A stretch of 61,227 nucleotides of DNA from Hydrurus foetidus (GCA_900617105.1 UYFQ01000521.1:1-61227); one strand, 5' to 3'. Shown: positions 23,252 to 37,744, counted from the first letter of the stretch. Notes: generated by a model from the sequence alone, not told the origin. Numbers and translations: made by a program.

Positions 23252-25993
23252 ACGACCGTAACTGCCGTAGGCTTTGAGGACGGAAACCTTTTTTTTGCGT
23301 TGTACAGTCAATAATTAGAAATACATGTTTCGGAGTATCATTACGTTGTTTTAAAGCAGTTGAATTAATTAGATCAAATAGCCTATGCTACATCGCCAGG
23401 AAAGTACTAAAAAACAGAAGGTCTTTTAACAATCATTTTTAAATGATAAATTGATAAGAAAAAAATTTTATAAATTGAAAAATTGTAATGTCTTCGCATG
23501 TAATAAATCTAAACGAGCGTCTTCTTTTAATCTGAGTTTTAATTTAGTTCCTCCTGAAATTTTCGTTGTTAATCTTTCTAAAGAACATCCACCACATAGT
23601 GATACATTATCTATGTTAGTTGATCTCGATAACCCTACAAATGATATTCCATGTTCTTTTTCACTTATTATAATGCTTTATTGCTTCATTTAATGTTACT
23701 TCTGAAGATCGCACTTTATTTGTAACATCACCATTGCCAAAAGGAAAATAGCATGGAAATGAACACACTAAAATATTTGGTGTATTATACTCATCAATGC
23801 ATTCAGTTCCTAGAATTGGCCATGGGATAGTATTATTAGGATCAACTAAATTTTGAACGATTGCTTCTGCTTCATCTCTATCAGGTAAAGGTAAACCTAG
23901 ACCACTTTCTAACACATTATTTTGATCTAATTGTAATTCATTAATAGGTCCATTTTGAATACCTTCATCATCATCGCTCTCATCATAATTGTTGTTATTG
24001 TTATCATTTTCGTTATCATTACATCTAAGATTTATGTCATGAACTATTAATTCATTTAATATGGAACCATTTTCTGGTAGTATATTAATGTTTTCCATAT
24101 CGATTATTATATTTTCATACGATTTATTCCACTTTTTTAAAAACAATAGCCATTTATGTATATGGTTTCTTCTAACTTGAAAATCTTTGTAATCGGATGG
24201 TTCACTGCCTCTTTTACTACGGATATTAATGATACCAATATTAGTGACGAGTCGTGGTAGGACTGCGCATAAAGGAGCAATGTCCTGTAAAATGTTAACC
24301 ACATTACCCGAGAAACCCATATTTTGACCATTAACAGGTCCTTTTAATTTCATGAATGACATAATAGGTACTGATCTTGCAATGAGTGCTTCTTCTGTAT
24401 GAGTTAGTTTGTAATTTACTTGTAAATTTTTTAATTCATTTCTAGCTATGGGACTATCATGCCACATAGGTGACATATTATTCTCTTTACTCATCTTTTT
24501 AATTTCTGCGTTTTCATTAGTACATCTTTTACAATTGTATGTATCGTTCCTCTTTACTCCACCTTTCTCTTCAAACCAATTTTCATTACATAATTCACAG
24601 TATACTAATTCATTAACATGTATTTTTTCAACGAATATTTTTGCATATTTTTGTACAATGTTTTGGTTGCGCAAGCTAACAAATGGTTTAATACCATTTG
24701 CTGCTTGTTGAAGAGCTTCGTTTAAAATTCTTCTATTAAGTATGTCATTATTTTCATTCTCATCATTATTGATTAAAAATGGCATTTCATTTTCATTTTC
24801 ATTAACAACTAAGTCATCAATTTCCAAACCCTCAACTTCATTTCCGTCTGCAATATTATTCACGTTATCATTTTCCATGTTATTGTCAATATTTTCGTTA
24901 ATATTTTGATTAAGATTTTCGTTATTAAGTTGTTAATTTCTATTTACATTATTTTGAATTCTTCTGCGATATCTTGCATTCCGTTGTATTCTTAGTGGTG
25001 TCGGTTGAGAATCACCAGCTCTGTGTGGTGCAACTCTATTCCTAGTAGGATTTCTTCTATCTAGTACGATCGGTACATCAACTACTGCTGGCGGAGTTTC
25101 GACATAATGTTGATTCTGAATCTCCTCATTCCTTATCATGTGTTCCTGTTGAGCAGCAAGATTTACTCTGAATGAATTTTGAACGGGGGCATCCGAATTA
25201 ACTCGCTGTTCACCTGATTTGAAGCCTCTCCAGCGTCAGCAAAATCCATCTCAATCCCATTTTCCTCTGCCGCAAAACCCCCCAACGAGAAAAAAAAGTC
25301 GGCTTGGTCTTCGTATTCCTTGGGTAAAAATTAGTCGTCAAATAAAATGGCTACAGTTTTAGGTGCAAAAAATCACAGTGCTTTACATCGTTTTCATCTC
25401 CTCCATGAGATTCTAGTCTACTGCGTGCTTTGACTGGGGATCTTGTGATGGATAGTTCCAATTCGTTCTCTTCTTGAGAACTTTGCGTTCGTGATGATCT
25501 TGCAGTGTCAATTCGTCTTGAAATAGATTCTCTGCGCCTCGATTTCGGCATTGTGACGTGCTATTTTTGAGGTTGAGCGAAAAAATGTGAAAGTTAGCGC
25601 ATTTCAGTCGAATTTTAGCTCCTGATGCTCTCAACTCACATGAAATATAGGCTCAAGGTTTAAAAAGCTGTAGCGTCAAGCTTCACAGCTCAAAAAATCA
25701 AGACATCACAGGAAAATGTACCTGAAAAAGAGCTTTTGCGCCACGCGTCAGAACTCAAAATTTTGGGCACATTTCAAAAATCCGTCTTGACCATGTTTCG
25801 AGGAAACACTGATGCCACAATTTGCACCATTTACTTTTGCATGCAGTGGTGTCTTCCAGGATGTCTTACATTTGGCGTATGCCACGTTTTGTCGTGTAAT
25901 TTAAAGATGATGGTTTGGCACCCCCCCCCTCTGGAAATTGAAATTTTGTACGTACGTACGTTCGTGGGGGATAATCTACGACCTTACGGTCGT
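23252..25993 (-). mobile_element. Internally deleted Helitron (Helitron2/Helentron-like); boundaries tentative
   Basis: AT-rich block holding the RepHel N-terminus and the helicase tail; 10-bp inverted repeat ACGACCGTAA (23252-23261) / TTACGGTCGT (25984-25993), the latter within an ACGACC-TTAC-GGTCGT hairpin. Confidence 0.6.
23468..25139 (-). pseudogene. Helitron RepHel remnant: N-terminal region fused out of frame to the PIF1-helicase C-terminus
   Basis: 23661-24878 has CELC...CKRC, TEEALIAR, GFSGNVV, LPR, VRRNHIHKWLLFLK and FPCYFPFGNGD, typical of the region before Rep. 23468-23665 in another frame reads GISFVGLSR...ERL...RLKEDARL (helicase motif VI and tail). Confidence 0.85.
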
Positions 25994-27305
25994 GATAAAT
26001 TAAAGAAGTTCTTCAGATGCTTATGACATTTCAGATATCTTATCGAGGGGGAGAGTCAGCGACTTTCATCTTCATTAAAGAATACCCCGAAGTCATGCGA
26101 GGTCAGTCACCCAATTGTTATCGAGTGGACCCAAAACTGCAATTTTCACAACCAGTCTACTTTCTACAGCGCAAAGATATGCAATGCATAACTGAAAAAG
26201 GTTTCTACTGATAAGCAGTACGTAATCATCTCGCAGTTGATGGGTGAGACAATCCAAGAAGAATGTTTTCACCATCAATCCTCTGACCAGATCGATAGAT
26301 AGATATCGTCCTCATTCTTTGCTAAAATTCCGACACATACCATTTTGATTCATAAGTAGAAAGTCATTGAAGACAAAGTTCACAGTTCCGATGAACTCTC
26401 TACCGGATACATACAGAACTTGCATTTCTCATAAGGCTCGGTTAACAATGGTTGCTACTGCAGAGCTCCAATCCGACGTTACTTATAAAAGTTGATTTCA
26501 CCGAAGTCGTCCAATTCCATACGCATGACTAACTGTGATGAAGGTGATACTTTGTTCAGTCATCCCCTTGCTAGTTTTTTCCTCATCTCCTCCGTCTCTA
26601 ATGATTATTGATCCTCAATTGACCAACTTTCCGGTACTATTGCAATTTCCAACCGTAACACACGTTACAATCTGACCGTAACATCCTTTGCCCCCATTTT
26701 GCTACAGAGTTTTCATGCACTGGATCACGGACGTCGCTCTGTTCGTTCAGATAAGATGTGCTTTGATCTAATCTTGATCGTGACGACTGAAGACAAGATG
26801 CGATTATTCGATTCGTAGGACATTAATTGGGTTGTCCTGATTCCAGCTATCAGGAAGTTGAGAATGAAGGGGAATTTGATTTCACGCTATTCGATAATCG
26901 GAATTCAATCCCCTTCATTTTACATCCAGTAAATCACTGAAATATAAGCGTACCCCTATTCATGCTACAGCCTAATACCATCAGGATTATGTACTCATTC
27001 ATTGATTGTATTGCGGGGTATGTCATATTTATGAGTATTAAGTATTGAGTATCGTGGAGTAAAAAAGAGACACATGTTAATGTGTAGGGTGGGTGAGGTG
27101 GTGAGCAAAGCTATTAGACGTGATGATGCGTACAGCGATTCACAGAGTGCGATGAAGTGTTTATTGTCTCGCTGAATTACGAAGCATCTATCACACAATG
27201 ACGTCGCAGATATTGAGGTATTCATTTTCATCAGCTTAACGGCGGCACGTGCATGAAAAGAATCAGCAAAATCGCGAGTACAGTACGTGCGATGTACTCC
27301 CTCTA

Positions 27306-27650
27306 TGTTGTGATTAGTGGACTCACAAGGGCATACGTATGTGCCAGTACGGCTGGCCACAAGCTCCCCACTGTCCTCTCCGACTGCTCTATACTCGTTG
27401 CAACTCGTTTGAAAAAGAAGAGGTTCGTATCGGCTACGAGATTGGGTTAATTAGCACTGCTGCAACGCAGTAGTTATCGGGTTCGGTTGGTAGTTGTTTC
27501 AAAGAGTTGGTAGCTAATCTGGTTCAATCGTATGTAGTACGGCACTGCTTTGGAGCAACACCGTACGTGTGGTTCAAATATGAAATACAGATAATAGCAT
27601 CACAATTTGTATACGGAATATCTAGTCTACATAATACTGATATTACTACA
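27306..27650 (-). repeat. Copia-2 3' LTR
   Basis: Direct repeat of 37745-38089; two substitutions seen by eye. Confidence 0.96.
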
Positions 27651-28274
27651 CACCCCTATGATGTGTTATCGTATTCAATTCAAACAGGTTTATTCAATTA
27701 TAATTTCAAAAGCGTTAGATTAATTCATACATGTTCATTTATAAATAAAGTTTCATCAATGGCTCCGGAATGTTACGTCAGTGTCTTGAAAATCGATCTC
27801 AGCGGGAAAAGAATATGGTAGAAGTTTGTGATAGGAATATGTAGGTGTTAGAAATAGTTGGCGGTTGGAATTGTAGGTTATAGAAGGAATGCTCGTGCTG
27901 GAGTCTTCATCATGATGGATCTTCAGCTAATGTATCTCGACCATGTGTGGTGTAGGCTCGAGTGTAGGTATCTTGAGTGTTCGGGTCTTGGAGGTTGATG
28001 TTGTAGGATAGCAGAAATTTGTTGGGATTGCAGATTCATAAAAATAGATTCATATAATACATAACGTTGATTTTGGCCAAAGTAGTAGAAAGGTTTTGGC
28101 AAAGCGTAGGTAGAAGAAAAATGTCAGAGTGGAATACTCAGGTTGTGGCGTGAGTCGGGGCCTAGGACGAAGGACGTAGGTTTTTGTGGGACGAAAGCAC
28201 GAGGTCAGAGGACGAAAGACGAAAGACGAAAGAGGAAAGAGGAAAGAGGAAAGAGGAAAGAGTTGGTTGCGAGA

Positions 28275-31200
28275 AAAGAAGTTGAGAAGTTGATATTTTT
28301 AAACGATCACTGTGATTCGAATTTAAAATTCTTTGCACAAAAGGAAGTGATGTTTTATAATCTTCTAGTGTGATATTATTGAATGTTAATGCACGATGAT
28401 GTCTATTAACTTCTTTATTCATGCGCTCAACAATAGCATTTTCTTCTTTAGAGTATGCTAAAGTAAGACAGTGTTGAGTGCCAATAAGAGTTAGAAACTC
28501 TTTAATAACTTCTGAAATGAAGTGTGGCCCATTATCAGAACGGAGTCGGAGAGATGCGCCGAAACGACCGAAATGTTGTAAGAGGCATTTAGCTGTCGAA
28601 AGTGCCGTAGCATCTTCTGTATGAAACAGTTCAACCCATCTTGTGAACGTATCGATAATTACGAGTACGTACCCGCCGTCTGGAAACGGTCCTATGAAGT
28701 CTATGTTAAGGTATTCCATAAGTGTGTAAGTGGAAGTCGAGAAGCCATGAGCATGTATGGGTATTTTGATCATACTCATCTTCTGACAACACTAACAGTG
28801 ATCTTTGAACCACCTGACATGCTGACGCATATATTGCCAGTCTATCTTTTTGTCAGTGAGTCGCTTTAGAGTGCGCTCAAGACCGAAACGACCAACTTGT
28901 GAGTTGTGTACTTTACTAATAGTATTGTACTGCTCACGTGTTAGTTTGAATTTCTCAACAGTATTAGCAGTCATAATTGCTTCAGGAGTATATTCCTAAG
29001 GAAAATCAACCATGTTATTGCGACAGAGTCGAGACATCGAATCAGCTATATCATTGTTAACACCAGGAATATATTCGATTTTAAATGAATATTCGAATAG
29101 GGCCATAAACCACCGAACAATCATTGGATTTGAACTATCCTTAATGTATAACAAGTTACGATGATCTGTACGTAAAGTAAACATACGATCACGTAATAGT
29201 GATCTTAAATACGTGCACGAACAAAAGATAGCATATGCTTCTTTTTGTATAACAGCCCAACGAAGCTAAGCTTTGTTAAATGATTTACTGACAAATGCTA
29301 TGGGCATCTCTTGACCGTCAACTAACTGGAAAAGATAAGCACCTACACCATATTCCGATGCATCAGTGTGCAAGTATATCGGATCGGTGTCACTTAAAAA
29401 GTGCGTAGTCGTGCATTTTGAAATCTAAGATTTGATCAAATTGAATGCCTTAAGAGCTTCTATTGTCCAAGTTATACTTATACTTATTGTAGTTAAGAAG
29501 CAGCTGATGCAACGGGTATACAACAGTAAATGCATTTCTAACACAGTCATGCAAATAATTAAACAATCCTAAAAAAACTTTTAAGTTGTTTAGATAGTAC
29601 TGGTTTAGGAAAATTTAAGACAGTCCGTATTTTTTCTTGTAACATTCTAAGTCCATCTGCAGATAAAACTTTGCCAACATAGTCAATTTCGGCGTAGCCT
29701 AGATAAGACTTATTAGCCTAGATAACATAGTATTTTGTGTTTTCTAAAGCGTTCAAAAACAAGACGAAGTCTAGAAATGAGTTCGTCAATGTCTTTACCG
29801 AAAACATTGCAATCATCGATATACATTTCGCATATAAAGTATATCAACCTTGCCAACACAACAGTTGACATGATCCGTTGGAAGTATGAAGGAGCTTGTT
29901 TAGGCCCAAAGGGTAAACGAGTAAATTGACATACACCGCAGAAAAGTATGAATGCAGTATAAGCGCGTGCAGCAAGTGTAAGTGGTGCTTGATGATATCC
30001 TTGTGTAAGGTCAAGTACAGCAAATACTTTTGCTTTATGTGCACCTATTCGTCGCAACATTTCACCAATGTGCGGAATAGGGTGTGATTCATCTTCGGTA
30101 CAACTATTAAGATTCCGAAAATCAATACACATGCGCTTAGTTCCATCAGACTTTGGAACCAGTAAAACTTGGCTATAATAAGCCGCATTTGATTTTTCAA
30201 CAATCCCTTGTTTTTCAAGCTTTGTAATTTGACTAAGAATATCAGCTTGATCAACTGTTGATTTAGACCATGGAGGTTGTCTATTTTTAGAGACTTTCCA
30301 TTGGCTATCATTGACATTAAAGTTAAATGGTGGAATATCAGCAGGAGTGGCCGAAAGTTTACTGCTGAATACATCCTGAAATTCGTGTACTAGTAATCGA
30401 AGTTTATTTTTCTGATTTTCATCACCTGTTATATGTATTAGCGAGAGTGGGTCTGTATCAGGGAATTCATCTATCCAAGGTGAAAACGAGTCCTTGATCA
30501 AGTCGTCGATTTCATCTTCATCAGGAGGCACTGCTCCAAAAAGTCTCTTAGACTCTTGAATTAGCGATGCTAGAATGACATGTGTTTGGGTGACTGCCGG
30601 TTTCACCTTTTGGGGTAAAGGATCCACTTTTGGGGAGCCGTCGGAGGGTTGCAACTTCTCCTTAGGCTGACAGCCACACGTTATATCCACATACTCAGAA
30701 GATAAAACTTTCGCTAACGGGATTGTGCTTGATGAAGCATTGGCAGATATTTGATCGGGGAATCGTGAAAACAAATTGAATTCACGAATTGTTTTTCGTC
30801 CCACTATTAGATCAAATTTCGAATCGTTTAAAACAAAAGCCGCGATTGGAAGGTATAATAATTATTTAAATCATGGCAAAAAATAAGAAAGAGTTAAGTC
30901 TATAGTGTCAGAATTATCATAACAATGATTATCTAAACCACTACAAACTTTACATAGTTTCTCTGGCGAGTTAGAAACAAATTGTGTAAAATTATGTTTT
31001 ACAATAGTGCGGCGATGAATAAAGTTGCCCGCGAACGATCCGGTGTCCAAAAGAGTGTAAACTCTATCACTTCTTTCCAGCATAAGCTCCTGTGAAAGAG
31101 GAGCAAGGAAGAATGGAATAAGTTGTGGGTCATCGGGGAGAGTAGATGATAAATTGAGGTTGCAAAGTTGCTCACCTTTGTGTTTCTTCGCGTTTTGTGT

Positions 31201-32553
31201 CGCATCTGCTGTTGAATTAGCAGATTTGGAAGTCGAAGATGACGACGAAGAAGAAGAAGAAGAAGAAGAGGAAGATGAAGAGGTTGGAGGCCTAGGCGAA
31301 GTTGGAATAAACTTGGCTTTGGGATCAACTTTCATCAACTGCTTATGACCCTCAGAGTTGATGTAGGGTGAGTCTGTACTGCTAAAGTAGGGAGACGAAG
31401 TGTAGAAACACGTGGCGACTAGATAGCCGAGTTTCCCACAACCTGTGCAAAGAGGTCTGTCTGATTTCTCTGATTGCACAGATTGCTCGTCCTCTCGTGG
31501 ACGTTTTTTGATTTTGTCCTGAGAGGAACGAGGAGGGGCTTTGATTTGGCGGGAGTGATCACCATACAAAGGGGAGACATCAATGAACCGTAAGGCATCA
31601 ATTTATTCTCGTAGCTTAGCAAGCTGCGCAAGCCATACGAATCGAAAGTCTTCGATTGTAATGAGTCTCGGTGTTGTGTTGTTAAGACTACGCTGTAACA
31701 CTGCTCTCCAATTAATTGGTTCGACTGGCAACTTATCGATGAGAATTTCAGTTGCCTGAAGTTGGAGAGTGGGTGTTTCATTAGGGAATGCCTCGACAAT
31801 ATCAGCTAGAAGCTGATCTGTCTTGTCTTCCACTGATTTGTTCTTCAGGTCGAATTGAATTGCGACTTAGGAGATAGTTTCAATGAAACTTAGTTTGTCA
31901 GTTCGATTGACAGCAGATGTAGGAACTGTGATGTTTAGTTCTCTACAAAAGTATTGATTCGTCCAATACTTCCAATTGTTACAAGCATCACGACGATCAG
32001 GATCTGTCGCGAATTTACGCTTGAGAAGCGTTGTAAACGATTGGTGGTTTGAAACATGGACGACATCAATAGGTTTAAATGGAGTTCCATTTGAAAGGAG
32101 AACCTCCATTACCCGAACTACTTCCTGACGAGAGGGCACAGCACTCAATTTAGGAGCTCTCTCACCCGTCTGCACATACTGCTGAGGAGGTGCCATCGTC
32201 CTTGGAATAGGATTCTCAGCCAAAGCTGGTGTCACAGATGAATCTGGTATCGCAGCCGCAGCTGGTATCTCAGCCGAAGCTGGTGTCACAGCCGGAGCTG
32301 GTAAAGCAGGTAATGCAGAAATACGGACATCAATGGCAGACATGACCGCAGGCTCCGAATTCCGCTGAGGAATCGGTGCAGACAGGTCGCCGGCGTGGTC
32401 CTGGGCCGCTGGTGGCCCAGGAGACTCGATATCTCCGCGGCGTTGCGTATGCTCCAAATAACGTTGTCGCGCTGCAATGGCTACAGCCCGAGGTAGAGTA
32501 CGTCGGCGTGCGTTGGTTGCCTTTGCTTTTTTCTCCTGGCGACGTAAGGCCAC
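28275..32553 (-). pseudogene. Gypsy-2 gag-pol, fragmented, integrase C-terminus deleted
   Basis: ORF pieces at 31867-32553, 31603-31833, 30871-31569, 29713-30804, 28996-29184, 28792-28974 and 28162-28779. Confidence 0.92.
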
Positions 32554-32624
32554 GTAGGAGTGGTAGGCGCGAAAACTTGAAAGCGAGAAAGGAATTTCTC
32601 CGAGAAAACTTCGGTCGATAGCCG

Positions 32625-32636
32625 AATATCGATATT
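32625..32636 (-). other. Palindromic PBS-position motif AATATCGATATT
   Basis: Perfect 12-bp palindrome overlapping the terminal A of the Gypsy-2 5' LTR. Confidence 0.8.
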
Positions 32637-32906
32637 GTGACGAGAGTCGGGGCCTAGGACGAAGGACGTAGGTTTTTGTGGGACGAAAGCGCGAGGTCAG
32701 AGGACGAAAGACGAAGGAGGAAAGAGTTGGTTGTGAGATAACGTTGTGGCTATAGTTTACAGTTGAATAGTTCAGGTGATGTGTACGCTAAGAGCACTCA
32801 CATCATGTGGAACTAAGACCTAAAACTGGAATCTGAGCGTATTGTACCTATTGTACCTAGTTAATCTAGACACATTGTATCCCCCTGGGGATGCAATAAG
32901 GCTACA

Positions 32907-35900
32907 AGGTGATGTTGAGTAGTAAGTCTCGAAGAGCTCTGAACTGCTCGCCTTGAAGGGGTTTTGTCAGCATATCTGCTAACATGTCATTTGTAGATTT
33001 ATAGATCACTTTAATTTCGTATTCTTTTATCCGGTCGGTAAGAAAAAGTACCGGATATCGATATGTCTTGTCCGTTCGCTGTTCAATCTTCCGTTGGTAA
33101 TAAGTTGGATAGTGGATTTGTTGTCTTGAAATATGATGGCTGGTCTGTTGGTGTATCCTTGAGCTATGATGAAGTATCTGGTCCATAGTACTTGATTCGC
33201 TGAACCACTAAGTCCCACTAACTCTGCCTCCGTACTCGACTTGGTGGTAAGTCTTTGAGTGGAGCCTTTTGCATAGATGGATCTTTTGCCGAGAGTGATT
33301 GTGCTTTATCTAAGATAATGCAACTTGGCTGTAATGGAGTGAAAATGTTCACGCGCAGAAGAGGTTATCAATGGGTTAGAAGTTTCCGGTAAACCGAAAA
33401 TAAATCCGTCTTAGCCGGTGTCGGTGACACCCCTATAATATCTTTACAGTCTTCTAGCAGCTTCTTGATGAATCCTTCCATGGTTATAATGACCTTTCCC
33501 GCCATCTCAAAATTGAACGTCATACCTATGTAATTAAGTAGTACTTTTCCTCGATGTTTTGTTAGACCAGGGTGTAGTTTTTCAATTTCGTCAGTAACAT
33601 AATCAACATGTTTTTCATCACAGCATGTGATCATCATACCGTCAACGTGAATTATTAGTGTGGTTTGTTTATTATTTGATTCAGTTCTGTTAAATAGAAA
33701 TATGTCATAAGGGTTAACAGTATACCCTAATAATGATAAGTTATGTGAGTTTTTAATTTAGTGGATTCTACACACCCATACAATGCTTTTTTCACTTTAA
33801 CAATGCATGTGCCTTTATCATTAATATATATAATATACGATTATATCAATAGATGTCAACACTCCAGTTTAATATTTATTCAGTCGCATATACACAGTAT
33901 GAGTGCCCTCTAAAGGCATGTCACTATTCAAAAATGCACCAGGAAAATCAATAGTAGCAATCGATCTACATTCATGGGCAGCAATTGAAGCAACAATAAA
34001 CAAGCTAGTAGTACTAACAGTTGGTGAAGATCCATTGTCATATATATCTCTGTCTTGTAAGTGGTCTCCTGCTACTAATCTAGACTTAAGCTTGTCAAAA
34101 TTACCGTCCGCCGTATACTTATTCTTTAAAACATGCTACTAGTTATGATGTTACTTCTTGAGTCTGACTAAGAGAGCTGATGAACACTCCCTCCCAAACA
34201 TCTTTTTCACACATCTGTTCCATTTCTTTTCTAATGGAATCTACAGCAATATTGCCTAACTTATCAATGCCATCTTTAACAGTCATGTTGAAAGCATATG
34301 AAAAATTGGTGGATGGTACATGATTCACAGCACTACATCTTATAGTGTAAATTCCTCTCCTAGGAACCCATTTGCCTGGTTGATGATTTCTAGCGCTACG
34401 TCTCAAAGCAGGCTGTTCTATCGCAGGCAGTGCATCAGTAAGTACGTCATCAACAGCGTACGTATCATCAATAACATCGGATGGTTGATATGGTGTAAGT
34501 ACTTCATGTTCATCGTGCACGTCATCAACATCAGGTGTAAAATATTCAGTCAAAGTATCGTCATACTCAACAGTTTCAATATTCAAATCATCAGTTTCTA
34601 TCCGTGTGTAGTCAAAATCATCTTGAGTTATTCATGTCACTCATATCATTAATGTCAGGTACATCAGGTATGTTATCAATATCGTTTATGTCATTCATCA
34701 TATATGGAACGGGTGCATCATGCTGTACATTCATTTCATCAACATATGAATCATCACACATTTCATCTGTGTGAGGTGTCACTGCATGGCTGAATCTACG
34801 CATATTTTTGTTATATATATTTTCATCATCATAGTAAAGTCCATCATCAACTATCACACGCTTATTCTGTTCAAATATAGGTTGACTAGCATTATTACTT
34901 TTGTTAATGTTTCTCTTTTCAGATAATCCATTAATGTAAGTAATAACTTCATCAGCCATAGGTAATGATGTGGCTTCTGTACGTTTAACTATCTGTTCGT
35001 TATTGAGTAACATGTAATACCAAGATCCCTCAAGGTTGCCTGCACTCATCAGAGCGGTAGCATCTGAAGTTCTGGCTTTATTACTGTTATCAATGTTGTC
35101 AGAATGTACTTGAACGTAGGCACCAAAACCATATTTCAATTCTTTATCTACGTTAATTTTTCTACCGTATAGTTTCTCCCTAGGGCTAACATAGTCAACA
35201 GTGTTCCTAGTCGGAACCAACACTATATGGTTAACAGCATATCTAACTAACCATCCTTCTAGTTTCTCAGTTAACTTAAAAAGGTAATGTGTTAATAACT
35301 GCTCTGACTCTCTCTTTAATCTGCATTATCTTACGCTCAACTACTGTGACTGCCTCTCCTGCACCTGTCATATCTAACGCAGTGCCTATGCTAGCTAGCT
35401 GGGTTTCAAACCAAACTGAATTGATCGCACCTTCGCCATCAACTCTAACTAGGTCTAGTTTGAATCCATACTTAGTAATATGTCTAACATCACTCTCTAG
35501 GCTAGTCCACAGTGTAAGGTTGGCTCAATTATTTAACTTATTCGCCATAACATATTCTAATGGCTTAACTACGGCAATTAAAAATGGGTTGCCGTTAACA
35601 AACATAATGTCTATATACATTATCTGATTCAAATCCTGGATATTATCTCACAATGGCTGTTCATCTTCAACCTGTGCCTGATGGCTTGGCGTTTTTCCCT
35701 TTAGGGAGCCCAAGTCAGGTCCCCAGATATCCAACGACCTAACTATATCTTGTGCTGTAATGTTACTGTTAACTAGTTTACCTTGACCTATCAGCTAGAC
35801 TAACTGACCAGGACTAAGGTAACCTAATTTCCTCTGATATTCTCTCGCTAACTCAGCTTGTTTAACCTGTCTAACTGTGTACTTTTTCATCTTATCATTC

Positions 35901-37726
35901 ACAGTTGTAACTAACATCAACTTAGGTTTACTTACCATACTATTCAGGTCACATATATAAATGTTATATTTAACATCCCTATTAAAGGAATTATAAATTC
36001 ACCTTTTTTAATTTGCAAAATGAAAAAATCTTCTTTACTATCATACTTCACTGAGTAACTATTATTTACCATGTTTGCAAAAGATAAAATGTTCGCTATA
36101 CAATCAGGGTCATAGTAAACTACTCCAAAATCTGTTCTCCCACATTCTCTGATTGTCAATGGCTCTCCTTTAGTATTTACTCCATTAACTACCAAGGGTG
36201 TGTGGGCAGATACAATGTCATAGAATAGTGTATCAGATCTAAATACAGATTCACCAGCGCATGTGTCAAGCAGCAGTAGATCATCACCAAACACTTCAGG
36301 ATTGTCTGTAATATCTATGCTAAATATGTTACTATCTACGGCTATGGTGTCCGTCTCTATCTCGGAATCTTGATCATCTATAAATTTGATTTGTACATAT
36401 TTAGATATACGTACGTGCTTATCATTATCATCGACAACACTAGTCACATTATTATTCACATTGCTAATTATGTCATCATGTAAAGAATCATGTAATCGAC
36501 TTACTTTCCCTTTCCTTTCCCGGGTGGTGTCGTGGATTTTCCTCCTGGGCTCTTGCCTCCTTCCTCTCCCCAGTATTGGGCTACAGTCTCGGCCACGTCT
36601 GCTCTACATTCGTAGGCAAGATGGCCGAATTTCCCGCAGTTATTGCAGGGTCCGCGCTTATATCCTTTAGGAGGTGTCGCTGTTGCAGTGTATACCGCGG
36701 CTGTCGGAGATCCTCTCTCGCTGTTGGTGCTATCCGATGAGTCAGCTCCATCCTTCACCCACCTAGCGCCAGCGCGCTCTTCCCGTTATGTCCTCCGGGA
36801 TATCCTCCTCGACCGCCTTTCTTGCCTCCTCTTCCAATCATAGAAACGGCATTGGCTCGTTCCATCGCACCCGGTGAGTTGTTTAGTACTTGGATGCCTC
36901 ATTGTAGGCCTCGTCCAGACAGTCTAGCCAAACCTTCAAGTTATTGATATAAAAATTCTTGAACTCTGAATAGTAGTTATTCAGTCCCAAAATAAACTTT
37001 ACTGCCATCCTGCCCTCAGGATATATCTCATCTATCCCCGTCCTGCCAGCCGCCTCAAACGCTTGTTGAATAGCGGTGAGAGCCTACTTGGTGTTGGTCA
37101 GGTACGTACTTAAATGCTCATGTGATAGCATCACCAGATGATCATATCGCTGCTGGATATTGTGCATCTGGTGCTCTGCTCCAAGTCTCGAATCTCCCAC
37201 ATGAGTCGCAAGTATTGCTTGCAGCAATTTTTGAGGGTCCTGCTCGGATTCAGCTTGAATTCCTGCAGTGACTTCCTTCACTCTGATCTTAGAGTTCTCT
37301 GACATTTGTCCCACCATTGCACCCACCATCTTCTTCCAGCTTTGTTCTGGCTTTGTTGTATTCAACTCGCTCGAGTTTCCATACCTCCCTGCCGTCCTGG
37401 TCAGCTCCTTCACCAGGTGGTGGTGGTATCGGTATGACTGGGTAGTCTCCCAGAGTACCGTCTGCTCCAAATATCAGACTGACTTTTGATTTCAAAGTCA
37501 TCATTGCATGTTCCTTCATTTTCACCATGAACTTAGTTACTACACCAGGGACAAAGTCCTTTCCTGGTGGTAAGTCTAAGTATGCTTCGATGGTTGGGAT
37601 ATTTCCCTTAAGGTGGTTGTTAGCGCTGGCTCCTCTTCCACGATTGTTGAAGTATCCTCCTCCTTTACCACGTCCTTGTGGCGGAGGGTTTCCACGCCCT
37701 TTCATAGTTGCAACTTCTTGTTGCAT
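32907..37726 (-). pseudogene. Copia-2 gag-pol, fragmented
   Basis: ORF pieces at 37289-37726, 37084-37470, 36501-36758, 35944-36459, 34618-35223, 34143-34586, 33368-33637, 33027-33218 and 32902-33186. Confidence 0.92.
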
Positions 37727-37733
37727 TCTATGA

Positions 37734-37744
37734 AGTGCGAATTA
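37734..37744 (-). other. Copia-2 PBS position TAATTCGCACT, 10/11 complementary to AGTGCTAATTA in its own LTR (37887-37897)
   Basis: Directly abuts the 5' LTR; one central mismatch. Confidence 0.7.

Larger units (their letters stand above)
28144..32906 (-). mobile_element. Ty3/gypsy LTR retrotransposon (Gypsy-2), defective, nested in Copia-2
   Basis: 5' LTR 32636-32906 (271 bp); 3' LTR remnant 28144-~28274; 4-bp TSD AGGT (28140-28143 and 32907-32910); order gag, PR (LLDTGS), RT (RMCIDFRNLN, YIDD), RNase H (LRTDHRNL), IN (NIDFIGP, SDNG). Confidence 0.95.

Noticed and set aside
26000..27300. Possible decayed gene between the Helitron and Copia-2
   Set aside because: Only short ORFs, many stops and no recognisable motif.
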